Shown: piece by piece, positions 22,707 through 37,100 of the stretch
Position numbering within the stretch: the stretch's first letter is position 1
How the letters are laid out: the number at the start of each line of letters is the position of its first letter
Source of the DNA: Paraglomus brasilianum
Lineage: Eukaryota
Reading direction: 5' to 3'
NCBI GenBank assembly: GCA_910592345.1
Contig: CAJVPI010000167.1
Location: 1 to 47,020 of the forward strand
DNA length: 47,020 nt
Made by a program: the position numbers and the translations under genes
Notes under the pieces: generated by a model
The model's database searches: none
Told to the model about the DNA's origin: nothing
Seen by the model: only the letters and a program-made list of their open reading frames with translations

Positions 22707-25700
22707 TGGAAAAAAGCAAAACCAATCCAGTCAGCAAGTTTACTACTCTCACAGGCCTTCTAACATGAGTATTGGAGCCTTTCGGTTTCGTTGTTAACTG
22801 TTGATCTTTCTACAGGTGTGTAGACTTACCCTTTGTTTTAATCATACAATCTGAGCCAGGACGTGTCTGTTGAAGTTAAACTTGCCGACAAAGTTTTGCA
22901 GGTATTTATTTGACCAGTCTTTTATGATTTCGGATTTAGATAATTACTATTGTTACCTGATCTCACGAATCGCGTCGCAGGGTTCAACGACTTTATACTT
23001 TAAGCCATTACGAGAAGTAATTCCGTCGGTAGTATTGCATTGTCGACAAATAAGTAAGCATTCGCGAACAGATGTTAGTATTTTCTAGATGCAAATAATA
23101 ATGCATGAGTGATTTAATTAATCAATAGCAATAAACAGAGTGACAGTCAACCTCATCGAGGCCAGTTTCGAAATACGTAATGACGGTGGTGGCGAATTGG
23201 TGATAAAGCTTCCTGAACCCAAGATGACCCAGAGTGAAGTCGGTCATAACATCCTGTCTTTTCCCTTGTATTGTGATTGCTATTTTTACTGGGTTTCATT
23301 CAACGAAACGATTTCTGATCCTTAGAAGCTGGAAGGCGAGTTTCGACCTTTTTGTGTCAACATTGAATATAGCTTAACTAACCCACAAGGTGGGATATGG
23401 TTTGCCGAGGCTACATCGCCGGAAGGCGATCTATTGCCCCACGTATATACGATCAATCGACCAACGCCTGGTGGAACGAGGTTGTGGCTACCGTGTGTGG
23501 ATGATCTGATGGAGCAGCCAACTTGGCACTTTGAGTTTATCGTACCGAAATTATGTCTTCAGTATCCGATTACAGTGCTTTGTAGTGGTACATTCGACAG
23601 TGAAGAAGATCACAAAACCGACCCCGAGAAAAAGGTCGTCAAGTATAATTTGGACGTCAAAACAACAGCTCATAATATAGGATTTGCTATTGGTCCATTT
23701 GAGCGTTTTCAGCTACAGTATGCAGAGAAAGATGATCAAATCTCCATGTTGCCTGAAATCTTTGGGTATTGTATGCCGAATAAGGCGCAATTATTGGGAG
23801 AAACGTTCTCTACAAACTATTATGGTGATGTGCGTCAGACACAACGATCACTATTGATTTATGCAACTAGAATGTTCGCACCTGCGCTGACGTTCTTTCT
23901 CTTTTACAATCACTTAAACAGACTATGAGATTTCTCCTTGGCGAATGTTGCACTGTACCTGTATCCGCCGAGGAAAACGCTCCACGAAAAGGCTTCTTTC
24001 CCTACCGTTGCCTCAACTTTGTGTTTGTCGAAAATTCGTATGCAGCTGTCAATTCTGTCGCATCAATGATAATTTGTCGGTCGTGTATCTTACATCCTCG
24101 GGATATACCGGAACAAACGTATGAAACTCGGCGGCTGCTCATTGAGGCAATTGCCATGCAGTGGTTTGGTGCATATATCGTTCCTCAGAGTTGGGCCGAC
24201 TATTGGCTCGTGCCCGGATTATCGATATACTTGTCAATACTTTGCATAGCTGTAATGCTCGGGAAGAACGAGGCACGATGGCGAATAAAAGAGGTACCTA
24301 TCGTAATTCACTGTTTTTCGTTTTATAGACGTAATGCTCATATCGGCAAAATACTGTACGAGTAGGATATTGACAGATGTGTTGAAGAAGACGTTCAAAG
24401 AGACCCGCTTTTCCGGCTCGATAGAAGATTGCCGCTTGTATCGGACGAGATAGAGTTCATGGCTTTGAAAGCACCAATCATTATTTATATGTTGAATCGA
24501 CTGCTGATAAGAGGAGGATATCCGCAAGGAATGTTGGGAATTGTATCTGACATGATCCTTACTGCAAAAGACGGCGTTCGAAAGTTCAAATCAATGAGCA
24601 CTAAGATGCTTCTTGACATGTGCAGGAAGGCTATTCGTGCTGAACGACGTGATGAAGTTAAAAGTTTTTTCACGCAGTGGATTTACGGGAGTGGATGTCC
24701 TAAATTTCGAATATCTCATCAAGTAAACAGGAAGAAGATGATGGTTGAGTTTCATGTCAAGCAAGTGAATACGAATGTTACAGATGGTTCCCCGAGTCCG
24801 CGCGCTTATAATCCAACACCTGTATTCTCTGTAAGATGCTAATGTCATTGGAATATGTGTAATATTATGAATATTTGCATTGTGGACGCATAATTCAATG
24901 AATATTATTTTTACACAATAATGATTTAGGGGCCCATGGTCGTCTGCGTGCATGAAGCAGATGGTAAATCATACGAGCACACTCTCTTTATTAAAGCGGA
25001 AGCTGAAAAGCACATGGTAAAATTTAATACGAAATATAAACGTATACGACGAACTACAAAGAAGTTCAAACAGCAAGCACCCAACTCTGCTCCTACTCAA
25101 GAGGAGGGCATTAGCGTTTGGGGTTTAGCCATGAACGAAGAAGAGAAACAAGAGTGGGGTGTCGTTGATTGGGATGAAGCAGATGACGAAACAGCATCGA
25201 GGTTAGGGCTATTTAAATTTGTACTCGGTATATGCTCTCCACGAGTGTTGTCTAATTTTAATATACCGCCATCGTAAAAATAGTGCATATTTCGAATGGA
25301 TTCGGCTGGATGAAGATCTGGGGTGGATTTGTAGCCTTGATTTTGTGGACCAGGTGGACTATATGTGGAGTACACAACTCGTCAAAGATCGTGATGTCGT
25401 TGCGCAAGCAGAGGTAGTCTATCACAATAATATGTATATGTTGCCTATTATCTGTAAATTTTTTGATAACTACAATGACTTATAGGCTGTGAAAATGCTC
25501 GAGACCTCGCCATCAAAACCTTGCATATCTACACTCATGCGAACGCTGCGGGATCCTAGGTACTTTTATCGTGTACGAGTACTGGCTGCAGTAGCTATCG
25601 CGAAGGTACATGTTTACCCACGTGACTTATTATCGGTTTAATTACTTATTAACCTCTATATTCTTTATTATAGTGTACTCACATACGGGATAGAGAAAAG

Positions 25701-26988
25701 AAAGATCGAGAAGAATTGCGACAATTGGCAATCCGCTTGTTAATTCGAACATTCCAAGAGAATTATTGTATACATGGCATACTTGGTGGCGAGCATGGCT
25801 TCATACCAAAGCCCAATCAATTTGATGACTTGAGAGAGTATTTCGTAAAGAAGGTGATAGATTAATATGTTTTCCACTTTATTTATGCTTAACGAGCCAT
25901 CTAACTCAATTTCGTAAAGTCACTACCCTGGGCACTATCGCTCATTCGCGACGACAAAGGAGAAACACCCGAGATCATTCACAAGTTTTTGTGTACTATA
26001 TTACAGATGAACAGCATCGCAGACGGATCAAGAGTATGTAGATCGTTATGCGACATGATAGCATGAACACCCTACTATTATAACTAACTTCCCTGAATGC
26101 AGTTCGCTGATGATTATTACGTAGCGGCTTTAATCGAAAGTTTAGCAAATGCCTTTATACCACTTGATCAAGGTATTTTTGGGAATCATGACGTAGAGAC
26201 ATTTTTGGAATATGAAAACCATTGGTTGACAGCCGCTTTAGCGGAGATCGAGCGATGCCTCCAGAAGGATTGGAATATGTGGTCATCTTATCGTAATATA
26301 ATCGCTGTTGCATGTATTCGGGTAAGGGTCCCCTATACTTGGCATATAAAACGTGTGGTATTAGTAACCAAATATCTTTATCATTACCCTTTAGGCAAAG
26401 GCAAACCTCATGAAAGCCAGTGTTATTCGACGAGATATTAAGAAATTCTTCGAACATACTCTGTAGGTATACCCTATTAACGGTTCGAATTTTTGACTAA
26501 TACTAACGTCAAACTTCGTGTAGGTATGGAAATTTTGTCGATGTGCGTGTGGCTGCCATTGAAGCCTTGGTGCAATTGAATGGATTGGAATCAGATGTAG
26601 GCCTTGAATATCTTCGCCACCTGGTGAGAAATGATCCTTGCCTATATGTTCGACGTTTAGTGGGAAGAATTGCCGGAGTTGTTGATGGAGGACCTTTTTT
26701 CTGGGGACTGGTAAGTTAGAGTGTGCACCGTGCAGATTGTGATTTGTCATTTGGACAACAGTTTTTATGACTCGCGTTATTTATGACTTCATCTGCTAAT
26801 AATTATATTATATTTTGCAATAGCCCAAGAGGACTGACGCTAAACCTGGGATTCGTCTCTCCGTCGTCTCTAAGAACGTACCCAAGAACGTACCTAAGAA
26901 CGTCTCTAAGAAGGCGAGCATAAGAATAAAGGTTTCCGTGTCCCAGAATAAATACCGGAGAATATCCCAAGAAAAAAAAAAACACTAA
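22707..26988 (+). CDS. TAF2: Transcription initiation factor TFIID subunit 2, ~15 exons; 5' end unresolved
   Basis: M1-aminopeptidase-like motifs without HEXXH (TRLWLPCVD, IGFAIGPFE, LIEAIAMQWFG, FFTQWIYGSGCPKF) plus TAF2-typical GPMVVCVHEADGKSYEH, FEWIRLD, DRDVVAQAEA, YFYRVR, FADDYYVA and SYRNII. Exons are joined by GT-AG introns; last exon 26824-26988. Confidence 0.9.
26865..26913 (+). repeat. 12-bp coding tandem repeat (SKNV-PKNV-PKNV-SKK) in the TAF2 last exon
   Basis: tctaagaacgta cccaagaacgta cctaagaacgtc tctaagaag. Confidence 0.85.
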
Positions 26989-27040
26989 AATAAAAGTAAA
27001 AATGCCACTATCAAGACAAACTAAGGCAGTTATTGTTGCC
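26930..27040 (+). repeat. Fragment of a dispersed repeat also present, inverted, at ~45055-45162
   Basis: aggtttccgtgtcccagaataaataccggagaatatc and tatcaagacaaactaaggca are shared with the reverse complement of 45055-45162. Confidence 0.9.
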
Positions 27041-27409
27041 ATGTTGCTAATTAATAATATAGATGTTCTGGCCCGTAGCGAAATCGGTTCGAAATAAGCA
27101 CATTTTATTTCGCTATTATCACATAAACAAGTTGGTTGTGACATTAGACAATGTGCCTATTGCATTCAAAAAAAAGGAACGCATTATTGCTCTTTCAGAA
27201 TTCCTTAAACGGTAAAACAATGATTATGCAGCGACAGTCAGTTATTTCACACGTGAAGCTATAACGATTGTATAATTTACAATTGGACTCAGATCTACCT
27301 ATTACATCGCTGATAACATAGTCCGAGACAGGTGCGTGATAAATATCAGACTAACGCATTTCATCGAAGAGGTAGTTGATAGAAAAACTTGTTCGGATTA
27401 TAGGGAAAT

Positions 27410-27883
27410 ATGCGAACTACACAGCTGCTTCTGGCACAAAAAGAGGTTTTTCCGAATTCGTTCAAGCGTGCCCAACGAGGCTTGTTCGGCGGAAAGCGTA
27501 TACACTACGGAAACAGAGTTTCAGAAAACGATAACAAGACTCGACGTCGATGGTTACCTAATGTCCAGAAAGCTCGAGTTTATTCAGAGGCCTTTGGAAC
27601 CTTTTTCAAAATGAGAGTTACAACTGCAGCCTTGAGAACAATTGACAAGAAGGGAGGACTAGATCAATATCTTTTGAATACCAAAGATAAAGAATTAGGA
27701 ATGTTTGGTGTCCGTCTGAGAAACGAATTGAAGGCAAAACTAGCTGGGAAATGGCCTGTTCGACCAGAAACTAAGCCGCAGGCCCATGCAACTACTACCA
27801 CTATCCCAGGGAGAATTACACTTTGGAAGAGGGTCTGGCCTAGCAAAGAGAAAATCGACAGGCCGGCTGTTAAAAAGAAATAA
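27410..27883 (+). CDS. MRPL24: Mitochondrial ribosomal protein bL28m (L28 family), 157 aa
   Basis: FKRAQRGLFGGKRIHYGNRVSE..KTRRRWLPNVQ and VTTAALRTIDKKGGLDQYLL are L28-family motifs. Confidence 0.93.
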   Translation: MRTTQLLLAQKEVFPNSFKRAQRGLFGGKRIHYGNRVSENDNKTRRRWLPNVQKARVYSEAFGTFFKMRVTTAALRTIDKKGGLDQYLLNTKDKELGMFGVRLRNELKAKLAGKWPVRPETKPQAHATTTTIPGRITLWKRVWPSKEKIDRPAVKKK

Positions 27884-28830
27884 ACCTTTACGCTTAGCAT
27901 CAACTCTCCCCCTTCCATGATGTGTTTCCTCATACAAGCTCAGTGAAAAGAGGATACTTGATCAAACATAAATTTGTAGAGCTGAAGTGCATTTATCAAT
28001 CGGAAAGACCTTTTACATATTCATCTCTAGCCTTCTTGTCTCACGTTCTTAATACCATATCAGATTACGTTACTTTGACACGATACAAGATCGTGAACAT
28101 ATCGGCCAGATCATACTCATGGATAACAAATTACGATTAAAGCACGCTTAAATTAATACGTTTCCCCAATTCACAACAAGGCGCTATCTACATGTAACCG
28201 GAAAAAATAACACTCTGGCATGCTAAACGGTTCATTTTAGCAAATCTTTACTAAAAGCTCAGCACAATTAGAAATTTTACAGATATCATGCTTCCACTCC
28301 AAGGCAGGCTCTACATCAGATGTCTACAGAAAAACTTTCTTTTAGCTATTTCCGTCAAAGTGATGTCTACATTGGCTTATACTCGAAGTGAGCGCAATAT
28401 CCTCGAATCTAACAAAAACAGTTGATCACCCATTATTCCTCTTTGAACCATTTTTTCCGATATATGCTGTATAACGAACGCGACCAGCTGCAGTGCGTAT
28501 CCCGAAAAAGGTGACTTTTCCTAATGATCCGAAAATCTTCCAAAGATAAGAAATCGTATTGTTATGTACTAAGATACTAAATCATAGAAAACATCATTGA
28601 TGGCGTAATTCGCCTTTCACTGCACGCAAAAGATCTTAATCTTCAGTTTATTTACTTGTATAGAAAGTATTTAGCTAATAATAAAAATTGCCTTGGTTTT
28701 AGCACTTGGCTTGTAGTGCAAAATGAATTTATGTGACCAACGCGCTCTTACAGTCCCGTGCCGATCTGCAGATCGGAAAAAAATTGCATACCAAATATTC
28801 AATGAACATGTAATATTCGTATTGTTTAAT

Positions 28831-30928
28831 ATGACGCAAGTTCTCCCTCAAATACAAGTTCGATTTACAACAAACCAGAGGCAATATATAGTGACAGATT
28901 CTGCGATACTCGTTCCTACAAACTTACGTCGTTATGGATTATCGGAAATCATTAATCATTTGTTGGGTACAGGTAATCAAATCATTAAGACATTCCATCA
29001 GATATATCTAGCGTGTATTGTACTCATAGACTTTATTACAGAAAAGCCAATTCCGTTTGATTTTATGATAAATGGCGAATTTCTGAGATCTAGCCTTGAC
29101 GAGTATCTAAAAATTGCTGGGCTATCGACGGTATGATGTAAATGAGGGTGGCATCAAACATTGAATGTGATCTATTATATGTGTAAACACTTTTGGTTGC
29201 ATTATATACTTTTGGTTGCCTCAAACTATGTGTTGTATGGACGCGTTTCTCCTTCGTATGCAGTCATAAGAACGAATTAATAACATTACGTGCAAATGCT
29301 TTGTAGGAAACAACTCTTACTCTCGAGTATGTAGAATCGATCCTTCCACCACGAGAGCTGTCTGCATTTCAACACGATGACTGGATAAGTTCGGTTAAAA
29401 TCGAGCAGAGGTTGGTGCTAATTGTAGATAAATTACTACTAGCAGGAGCAGTATGATTCTTGTCTCTAATAATAATGGATCTATTATATCTTCGCATGAC
29501 CATTGTTGTCAACATCAACACTATATACTAGCATGATAGTCACTGGCTCATATGATAATAAGATCAGAATATGGAACACATCTGGTGAATGCAAACAGAC
29601 GTTCAGCGGACATGATGCACCAGTAAAGAGTATCGACTTGTATTGTGTACAAGGCGAACGCACTATCTGTGTGTCTGCGTCACAGGATCGGACAGTTCGC
29701 GCATGGTCGGTGAGTGTTTGGAGTACTAGATGGATTCCTACGGCAGCTACTTGCTAAATGTCGCGCGATTTATTACGTGTATCATAGATATTAGAAGAGG
29801 ATTATAATGATAGATGCGGACTGATGTATGAATGTAGAGGACATAAAGGTAGCGTGGAATGTGTTAGATTCGATGCGCATGGTAATCAGGTATGTACGCG
29901 CTATATTGTCTAATATCAGTGGAATTTATTTTAATATCGGCCTTCCCGTAGGTTGCATCAGCATCAGCAGATTCAACAATAAACCTGTGGAATACACTTC
30001 CGCCAGATGAGGACGAGTTAGTAACACCCGAAACCAGTCACATATCAAGGGAGAAACCTGAAATCTATGTCAAAGTGAGTAATCGTAATGATTATTACCG
30101 CAGTTAATGTAACCCACGTCATATGTCATATCCACTAAGGCATATATACCTTTAGAAACCAGAAGCAACTCTGCTCGGACATACAGGTCCAGTACAGGCA
30201 ATCGTATATGATGATGAATATGGGTCTAATAGACTATACAGTGGTGGATGGGATCATTCTGTAAGAATGTGGGACGTTGAATCACGAGTTAATGTGGATA
30301 CCAAAGTGAGTAAAAAATTTGGTGATTGGCTCAATTGTGAATCAATGTCTGATCGCGATACTGTCTATTTAGAACTCGGATAAAGTCATTCTATGCATAG
30401 CATATTCCGGTAAATCAAAACTAGTCGCTACGGGCCACAGCGACAAATCAATTAGATTATGGGATTTCAGGTCACAAGGCAAGTGATTACTTTTGAAGAA
30501 TTTCGATTCACGCGAGTAATAAATGATTATACAGTTCACAAGATGCAGCAAATGTCAATTACTTTGTTACTATAAACTATGTCTCATTATCTACATTCCA
30601 TAGAAGGCGCTAATACCAGTTCCTCTTTAATTTTACAGACGTAAATCTAACAAAGATTACCCTATCGTCACACCAAAATTGGGTATCGTCACTCACATGG
30701 TCACCCGTCTCAGCATACATACTAGCATCTGCGTCGTACGACGGTACATTGAAAATATGGGACATAAGAAGTAAGACTCCATTATATACACTCAGTCAGA
30801 GGGATAATAGCAAGAAGTTATTCTGTGTAGATTGGAATAATGGCATCATAGTCAGTGGAGGAGAAGATTGTCAATTACGAGTTTACAGTGGAGACAAAAT
30901 ACATGGAGAAAGTGTGAGTAGCGAGTGA
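28831..30928 (+). CDS. YTM1: Ribosome biogenesis protein Ytm1/WDR12 (NLE domain + WD40 repeats), multi-exon
   Basis: QIQVRFTT..VPTNLRRYGLSEIINHLL, PIPFDFMINGEFLRSSL, ETTLTLEYV, HDDWISSV, then WD repeats (VTGSYDNKIRIW, YSGGWDHSVRMWD, SHQNWVSSLTWSP, LASASYDGTLKIWDIRS). Stop TGA at 30926-30928. Confidence 0.93.
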
Positions 30929-31130
30929 GCAAGTGAGTAGTTATAAAGAATAAGTAAAATCGTATTTGGTCGCATTAGACAATGTTGAATTATTAGTCAT
31001 GATATCGTATTAATTTTAAAGCAGTGTCACCGTAAATAAATACTATTAATCTACAGCGCAATAGCATCACAAAATTTCTATTATTGATTAAAAACGTTTA
31101 GATATTATGTCAACCATCTCCGCTCTATTT

Positions 31131-34100
31131 CTATACGTCCCACCGATCTGGATTTAAAAACTCATTTCCTATTTTCTCTAGAAATTCTTGCATGTACTCT
31201 CTAACGTCAGCCCTATCTACGCCAATCATTTTCAAGCTCAATCTATAGAATTCAGGCACATGCTTCCTCAACCCAATCCACCTAGTCGCTCTTCTCCTCG
31301 CTTCTTCAAACTTTTCCATATCTTCGTCCTCTCCGCTTCTCTCTTGTATCTCTCCAAATTCATCACGCACTACTCCACGGGATTCCTCCCACGGTGTGGC
31401 ACATAGTTCACGGAATACTGTAATAACCAATGGGGACCAATTATTAATATCGCGCTGTTGGTTCTGCATAGTGTCAGCCGACAATAGCGCTATGAATCGT
31501 TCAAAAACTTTGGTTGATTCTTCGATTAGTGGAGGAAGCAGATCGGGGTCATTGTCGCCAAGCGTACGATACAAATCATAGAGAATAGATAGGAAAACTG
31601 AAAGAGACAGAGTTTCCTGTTTCGTTAGATTCGGCATTTGCTGTACATAACCTGACTTGAATAGAGCATGACGCAGTTCGTGGTTGGCATTAAAGTCGTG
31701 AGCAAACTGATATGAATTATATAGACATCTTAACCATCGATTCCGATATTCGGCTGGCATCTGGGCTAGGTAATGCACTTCATCCTTACTCAATGACGCT
31801 ACTGTATGTGTTAACGCCAAGTCTTTCACTGATTGAATAATAATGAGTTGAGCTGCACACTTGATGATAGCGTTTGGAAAGTCAACGTCCACCTTCCCGG
31901 GAGTTGCGGGCGGATTATGCTGGTTGCGGCGGCTATTTTCACCGACGCCTGCTCCAGTGTCTGTTATATCATCCGGTACTGGATTAGATGCTCCCACGAT
32001 TACATGACCAGCGTGTTTCACGTCCGTATTCTCATTGACACCCGCTATTTCAACTTCGAGCAATTCCTTTGGTGTGGTTGCTATGAAAATCTTCTCTAGA
32101 GTATCCGTCACTGCCCCCCAAGTCGAACTATCGAATCGTGAACCATTTCTAGCTATCAAGTTATGGAAACACCGTATTCCGGTTTGTCCCAATTTCTCGT
32201 TTTTCCTTTTGAGTAGAGCTACGAATAGCTCTAACAGCTCAAGTAGATATTCAGAATTATCTTTGAATAGGTCATGAAAACGTGTATACAAATCTACCAT
32301 TAGGCGTATTGTTTGTATCCATATTTCGGTGGTCGCTTCTCTACGCTGAAAATCGCCCGTTGTGGGTAATTGTAATTGTGCTGGTTCTTTGATATCTTCG
32401 AATACAGGAATGATGACATTTTTTAGTATTTTACTCCAATACGAAGTTTCAAACAGATAGCCAGTGTTTCTTAAAATGTCGAATAGTGCCTCAAGTGCCT
32501 TTGTTCTTACGACCTGAGAATCATGATCAATGACTAGTCTGGATAGACCGGACACTATAGGGAACCATTTAAAGAAGAATTGTTCTTCTTCTATGTGCTG
32601 GAGTCTCTTCTTAGTTACTGGTGAGGTTGTAGGTGACGTTGGCGCGAATGTAGGTGATATATTCTGATTCTTCTTGTCGCCTTCTTCTATATCTTTTACT
32701 AATAATTTGACACATCCTTGCATCATTCTAATGGATTCGTTTATTATCTCTTCCACTTTAGCATTAAACGCAAATTCAACCAGGCAATTGACAAATTCCC
32801 CAAATGATAGCCCAATCAAATCCAAATGTTTCTGATACACTAATCTAACTGTGCCAAATGCATTATCGACCAGCTGCGGGTTTTCGTCACCGGCGGCACG
32901 ACCAAAAACTATAAATATGCTCTTCCATCCTGACTTGATATTCTTCGCTCTTGCTGAGATCATTTGTATAAGTGAGTGGATGATTAACTCTCGTATTGCC
33001 GGGGATGAATTGTTTCTTATGATATGCTCAAATGGTTTCATGAATTCGCTCTGAGTGTTGTAATGAGATAGCTCGTCTCTTTCGAGAAATTTCATGCTCA
33101 GTTGTCGAAGTGAATCTATGGCGAACGTAGCAACGATATTATTTGGATGGCATCCAACAGTATTGAAATGAGGCTGTAATATTTTCCATATCTGAGTCCA
33201 CTCGAATCGTATACGTGACATGTTATAATACGCTATTTCTACTATCCTCTGTAAGCTATACATTCTTGGAACAGTCCTTGATATGTCAACCTCTTCGAGC
33301 GACACAGTACAAAGAGCATTAACAAAGTGTACAATAGCATCACTACTTAGTTTAATGCTGTTGGTGAATATCCTGTCAATTGCTATAATTGTACTCTGTG
33401 ATTGGAACTCCCTCATGAGACCTCCCAACGAACCGCGTCGCGTGAGATTACGAACGGCAGCGGATGTACTAGAGTGATTATTAACCACACCCGTTGTTGA
33501 CTGATTAAGAGAATTACGATTATTCTGTGGCGAGTAATCTAGCCCGCTTGCGTCCTCTGCACTGTATACCACCGAACCTGAGCTGTTTATGAGCTGATAT
33601 CTCTCCATCGCAGATATGGTCTTTAATACAATCAACCAAGACGTCTGCAGACCTTCACCATATGCGTTTGCAGCGGATAACAGAGTACGGATTGCAGCCA
33701 CATTCTTGGACCTCATCTCATCTACATGATTAAGTCCAGTCAATTTAGCGAGTGAAGACACAAATGCATCTCTCTCGACATCCATACGAAATACACTGCT
33801 GATACGTATGGCGCCCATAAATCCATCCAAACATAATTCGATAGCCTCTGAATTAGCTTGTGCAAATTCATTTCCTTTACTAGCTGCTGTTGATATGTTT
33901 TCAGACTCCTCAAATACAACGCTAAGAGTAGCCATCAATGGCCAACATGCAATAACAAACATAGGCTTAACGTGATCCGAGTGAGTAGCACTCCGCCATA
34001 TTGAGGTCTTCTGATCTTGCCTGCTACTAGAAAGCAATGCCTGACTCTTCTTTTGCATTTGTGATATTTCCTTATCATACATTTGCTGTCTTTCTCTCTC

Positions 34101-37100
34101 ATTGGCTATGTTAATCGCAGTTTTTGCCACTTCCGATATTTGCTCTTCTTCCATAACAATCTCATTAACGGATATGTCATCAAAAATAGCCCCTAGATAT
34201 CTATCCGGCAGATCATTATTATCATTGATTCCTCTATTATTCTTTATGAATTCGGACTTTTCCATTCTCCGCTTTACTTGAATAGAGTGCTGGTCTGTAT
34301 TCAACATTATTATCGAATATGCTAGTATATAAGCAGTATCGGCGTTTGCAAATACGTCAGGATTATTTTCGCAATATCTATCCGCAAACTTTTCCATAAT
34401 GCGGTCAATCTTTTGCGATTCGCCTGGTAAGCGAAAAGTTTGAAGAAATGTACGCAATGCATCTACAAATTGGAGACTTTTAAAGTCTAATGAATCCACA
34501 AATGCATACATTATCTTTATAGCCTCAGGATCGCTTTCGCCAAGATATTCCCCAATTGCTGCCTTACTGAGTCCCGGAGTAGAAGTAAGGAATGATACTA
34601 TGCTCTGGGTATCATTCTTGAGAAAGTCGTTATTAATGAAGAATTCTATTCCCTTCAGTGGTTTCGAATTGAACAGTCTAATACCAGCTTGTAGAGTTTG
34701 TTTACGCGTCATTATCTCTTGATATTGAGCAGGATGATCCTCTGAATCAGATAACCCAATACTAGTACTACTGTTATTGCCATGAGCTGTTGAGAATTCC
34801 TTCATGGATATATTGAGAAGAGGATGCTTTGAGAAAATAATGGTAGTTTTGTCCTCAGTAGTTTCCGGTGGTTTTGCCTTCTCTGACTGACTAATTCCGG
34901 TTTCTTTAGAATCCAAATCCTTACACCATTCAACCAGCGATCTCACTATAGTTACTAAACATTTCAAACCACGCACTTTAAGTTTCTTTTCTTGTAATGC
35001 AATCAAATCAGCTTTATTATCTAACAATAGTCCAGAAGCATGAGCGCCAATTATACTTCCCATAGCTGATCCACTTACATTCTTCGATCTTCCCTGCGCA
35101 ACTCGACTTAGTGTATTCACTGTCTTTTCAAATACGCTGGTCATTGATAAATCGCAATCATAATTCAAGTACACGTCAACCAATGATTGAGGATTAGAAC
35201 ATATTTTCATTAAACCCTGCAAAACCATCTGTTTCTGTTTATACGTCGCATTAGACATATCAAGAAATCGCAGATAGATTTCAGCGAATAATACTTCCAG
35301 TTCTTTTTTAAGTGGCGCTCGATAGAGTCGAAAGAGCATTAAAAAGATGGAAAGCGAGAGTTCGAACAACTGTTCATTAGACGATACGCCGTTTTGCGAT
35401 AATGAAACGCATAATGCCTGACGAATAAGGGAGATATATGCATCCTCAGTCTGTAATACAGGGCCTGAATTATCCAATATCGAAAGAATAAGCTCCAAGA
35501 CGAGGGCACGTCCTCGGATACTAATTTCCTCAATTTGTATATTACCACCAGTGTCTGTACGCATAGACAGTCTACAAAAAAACCGAAATACTAAGTAGAG
35601 ATCTTTTCTTAGCGTATTAAATCTACCGCGAGTAGGATGCGATGGTTTGTCTTGTGCCGGTTTTCTGCGTACTGTTGCTGTGAGGGGCGGGACGATTATC
35701 TTCAGGTCTACTTTGGGTGACAAGGAGGATTTACGGGGGCGATTTCGTTGTAGCAATTTGGCTTCAATCGGCAATACTTTTGTATTTGGTTGATCGTCTT
35801 CTAAAATAGCGTTTTGGTTTGGGGCTGAGGCTTGATCCGGAGCCGTTTCAGGCGTTGTCAGTGGTTCAGCAGGCATTTCGTCCACGGTGAAATTGGATCC
35901 TTTATTTTCAGGTAAATTAGCTAATTCTGAATCATCAATATTGATCTCTGTGCTTTCCGTTGGTTCTTCTTGATCAACATTGGGGCTAGTGACCGATACT
36001 CCCGAACTGCCACTTTGCGAAATACTAGGTTCGTTCGCTTGTTCTGGTTCAGGCGCTTCGTCAGCTTCAATTGATACTCTCTTCTCCTTGATGGAAGAGT
36101 CTACCACATTCCCTGTTGGTGACTCTATTGCATCTGCCCACTCAACAACACTACCATTTGAAACCTCCTCCTTATGATTGATTGCATCTTCATTTTTATT
36201 AGATTCCACAGGCTTTGAATCACTTTCGGCAACGGTATATGCCTGCGGTGTTTCTTGTTTACTTGTCGCATTCTCAACCTCAACTGAATTCGGTTTCGAA
36301 ATTTCTTCCCCATTTGATTCATTATTATTCTTCATAGCCCTCTTGGATGTTTCATAATTTTCCAATTGTACTGCATACTCCTCGCATCTAGTCACAATCA
36401 AATTAGCCATTTGTGTTAATTCTGCCTTTGCTGTGGCCTGGAGAATTGCATTCTTTGTAAAACAATATATGTTGCAGCAAGTCTGAATAACCTTTAATAA
36501 GCTGATACCATGCACTTGACAAGTGTCTGAAGTAACAAACGTAAGGAGTACTTTAAGTATCTGTAAAGTAACTGTCTGGTCTGTCTGCTGGCCATTGAAC
36601 CCAATACATATCGTATGAACAATGTCATCGATCAATCGTGCTGGATTCGGATAATTACTATAATTAGCAGGAGCAACGCCTTCGGGCGTAGTAGTGTCGC
36701 CATCAAATAGGGAATTGCTGTCAAGATGTGAGAGATCGTTGGATTCACTAAAATTAGGCAATTTCCCAAGATCGCCCGTTCGCTCCCTTCGAAAATGCGC
36801 ATTCTTTGGAGGAGTGATTATAGTCGAGCCCTTGAGTAAACCATGGGCTATTATTTTTTGTAAGGCATCTAGGGCAATTACGCGGATTGGTGCGGGTATA
36901 GAACTGTCACATGCTATACGGAATGGCTTCCAATAGTTATCCATGGGTATTTTAGGCAAGTCTTCGCCTGGACGTCCTATTATCGATACCCCAGATATGG
37001 AATTTCTAGTCGAGGCTATAGATATGTCGTCGGCTTCCTTCGCTGGCTGAGTTGGGGATGCATTCCTGGCCTCAGTTTCCGATTTATCAACATCACCATT

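Noticed and set aside
23434..24842. Active M1 aminopeptidase
   Set aside because: The HEXXH zinc motif is absent (IEAIAMQWFG) and downstream motifs are TAF2-specific.
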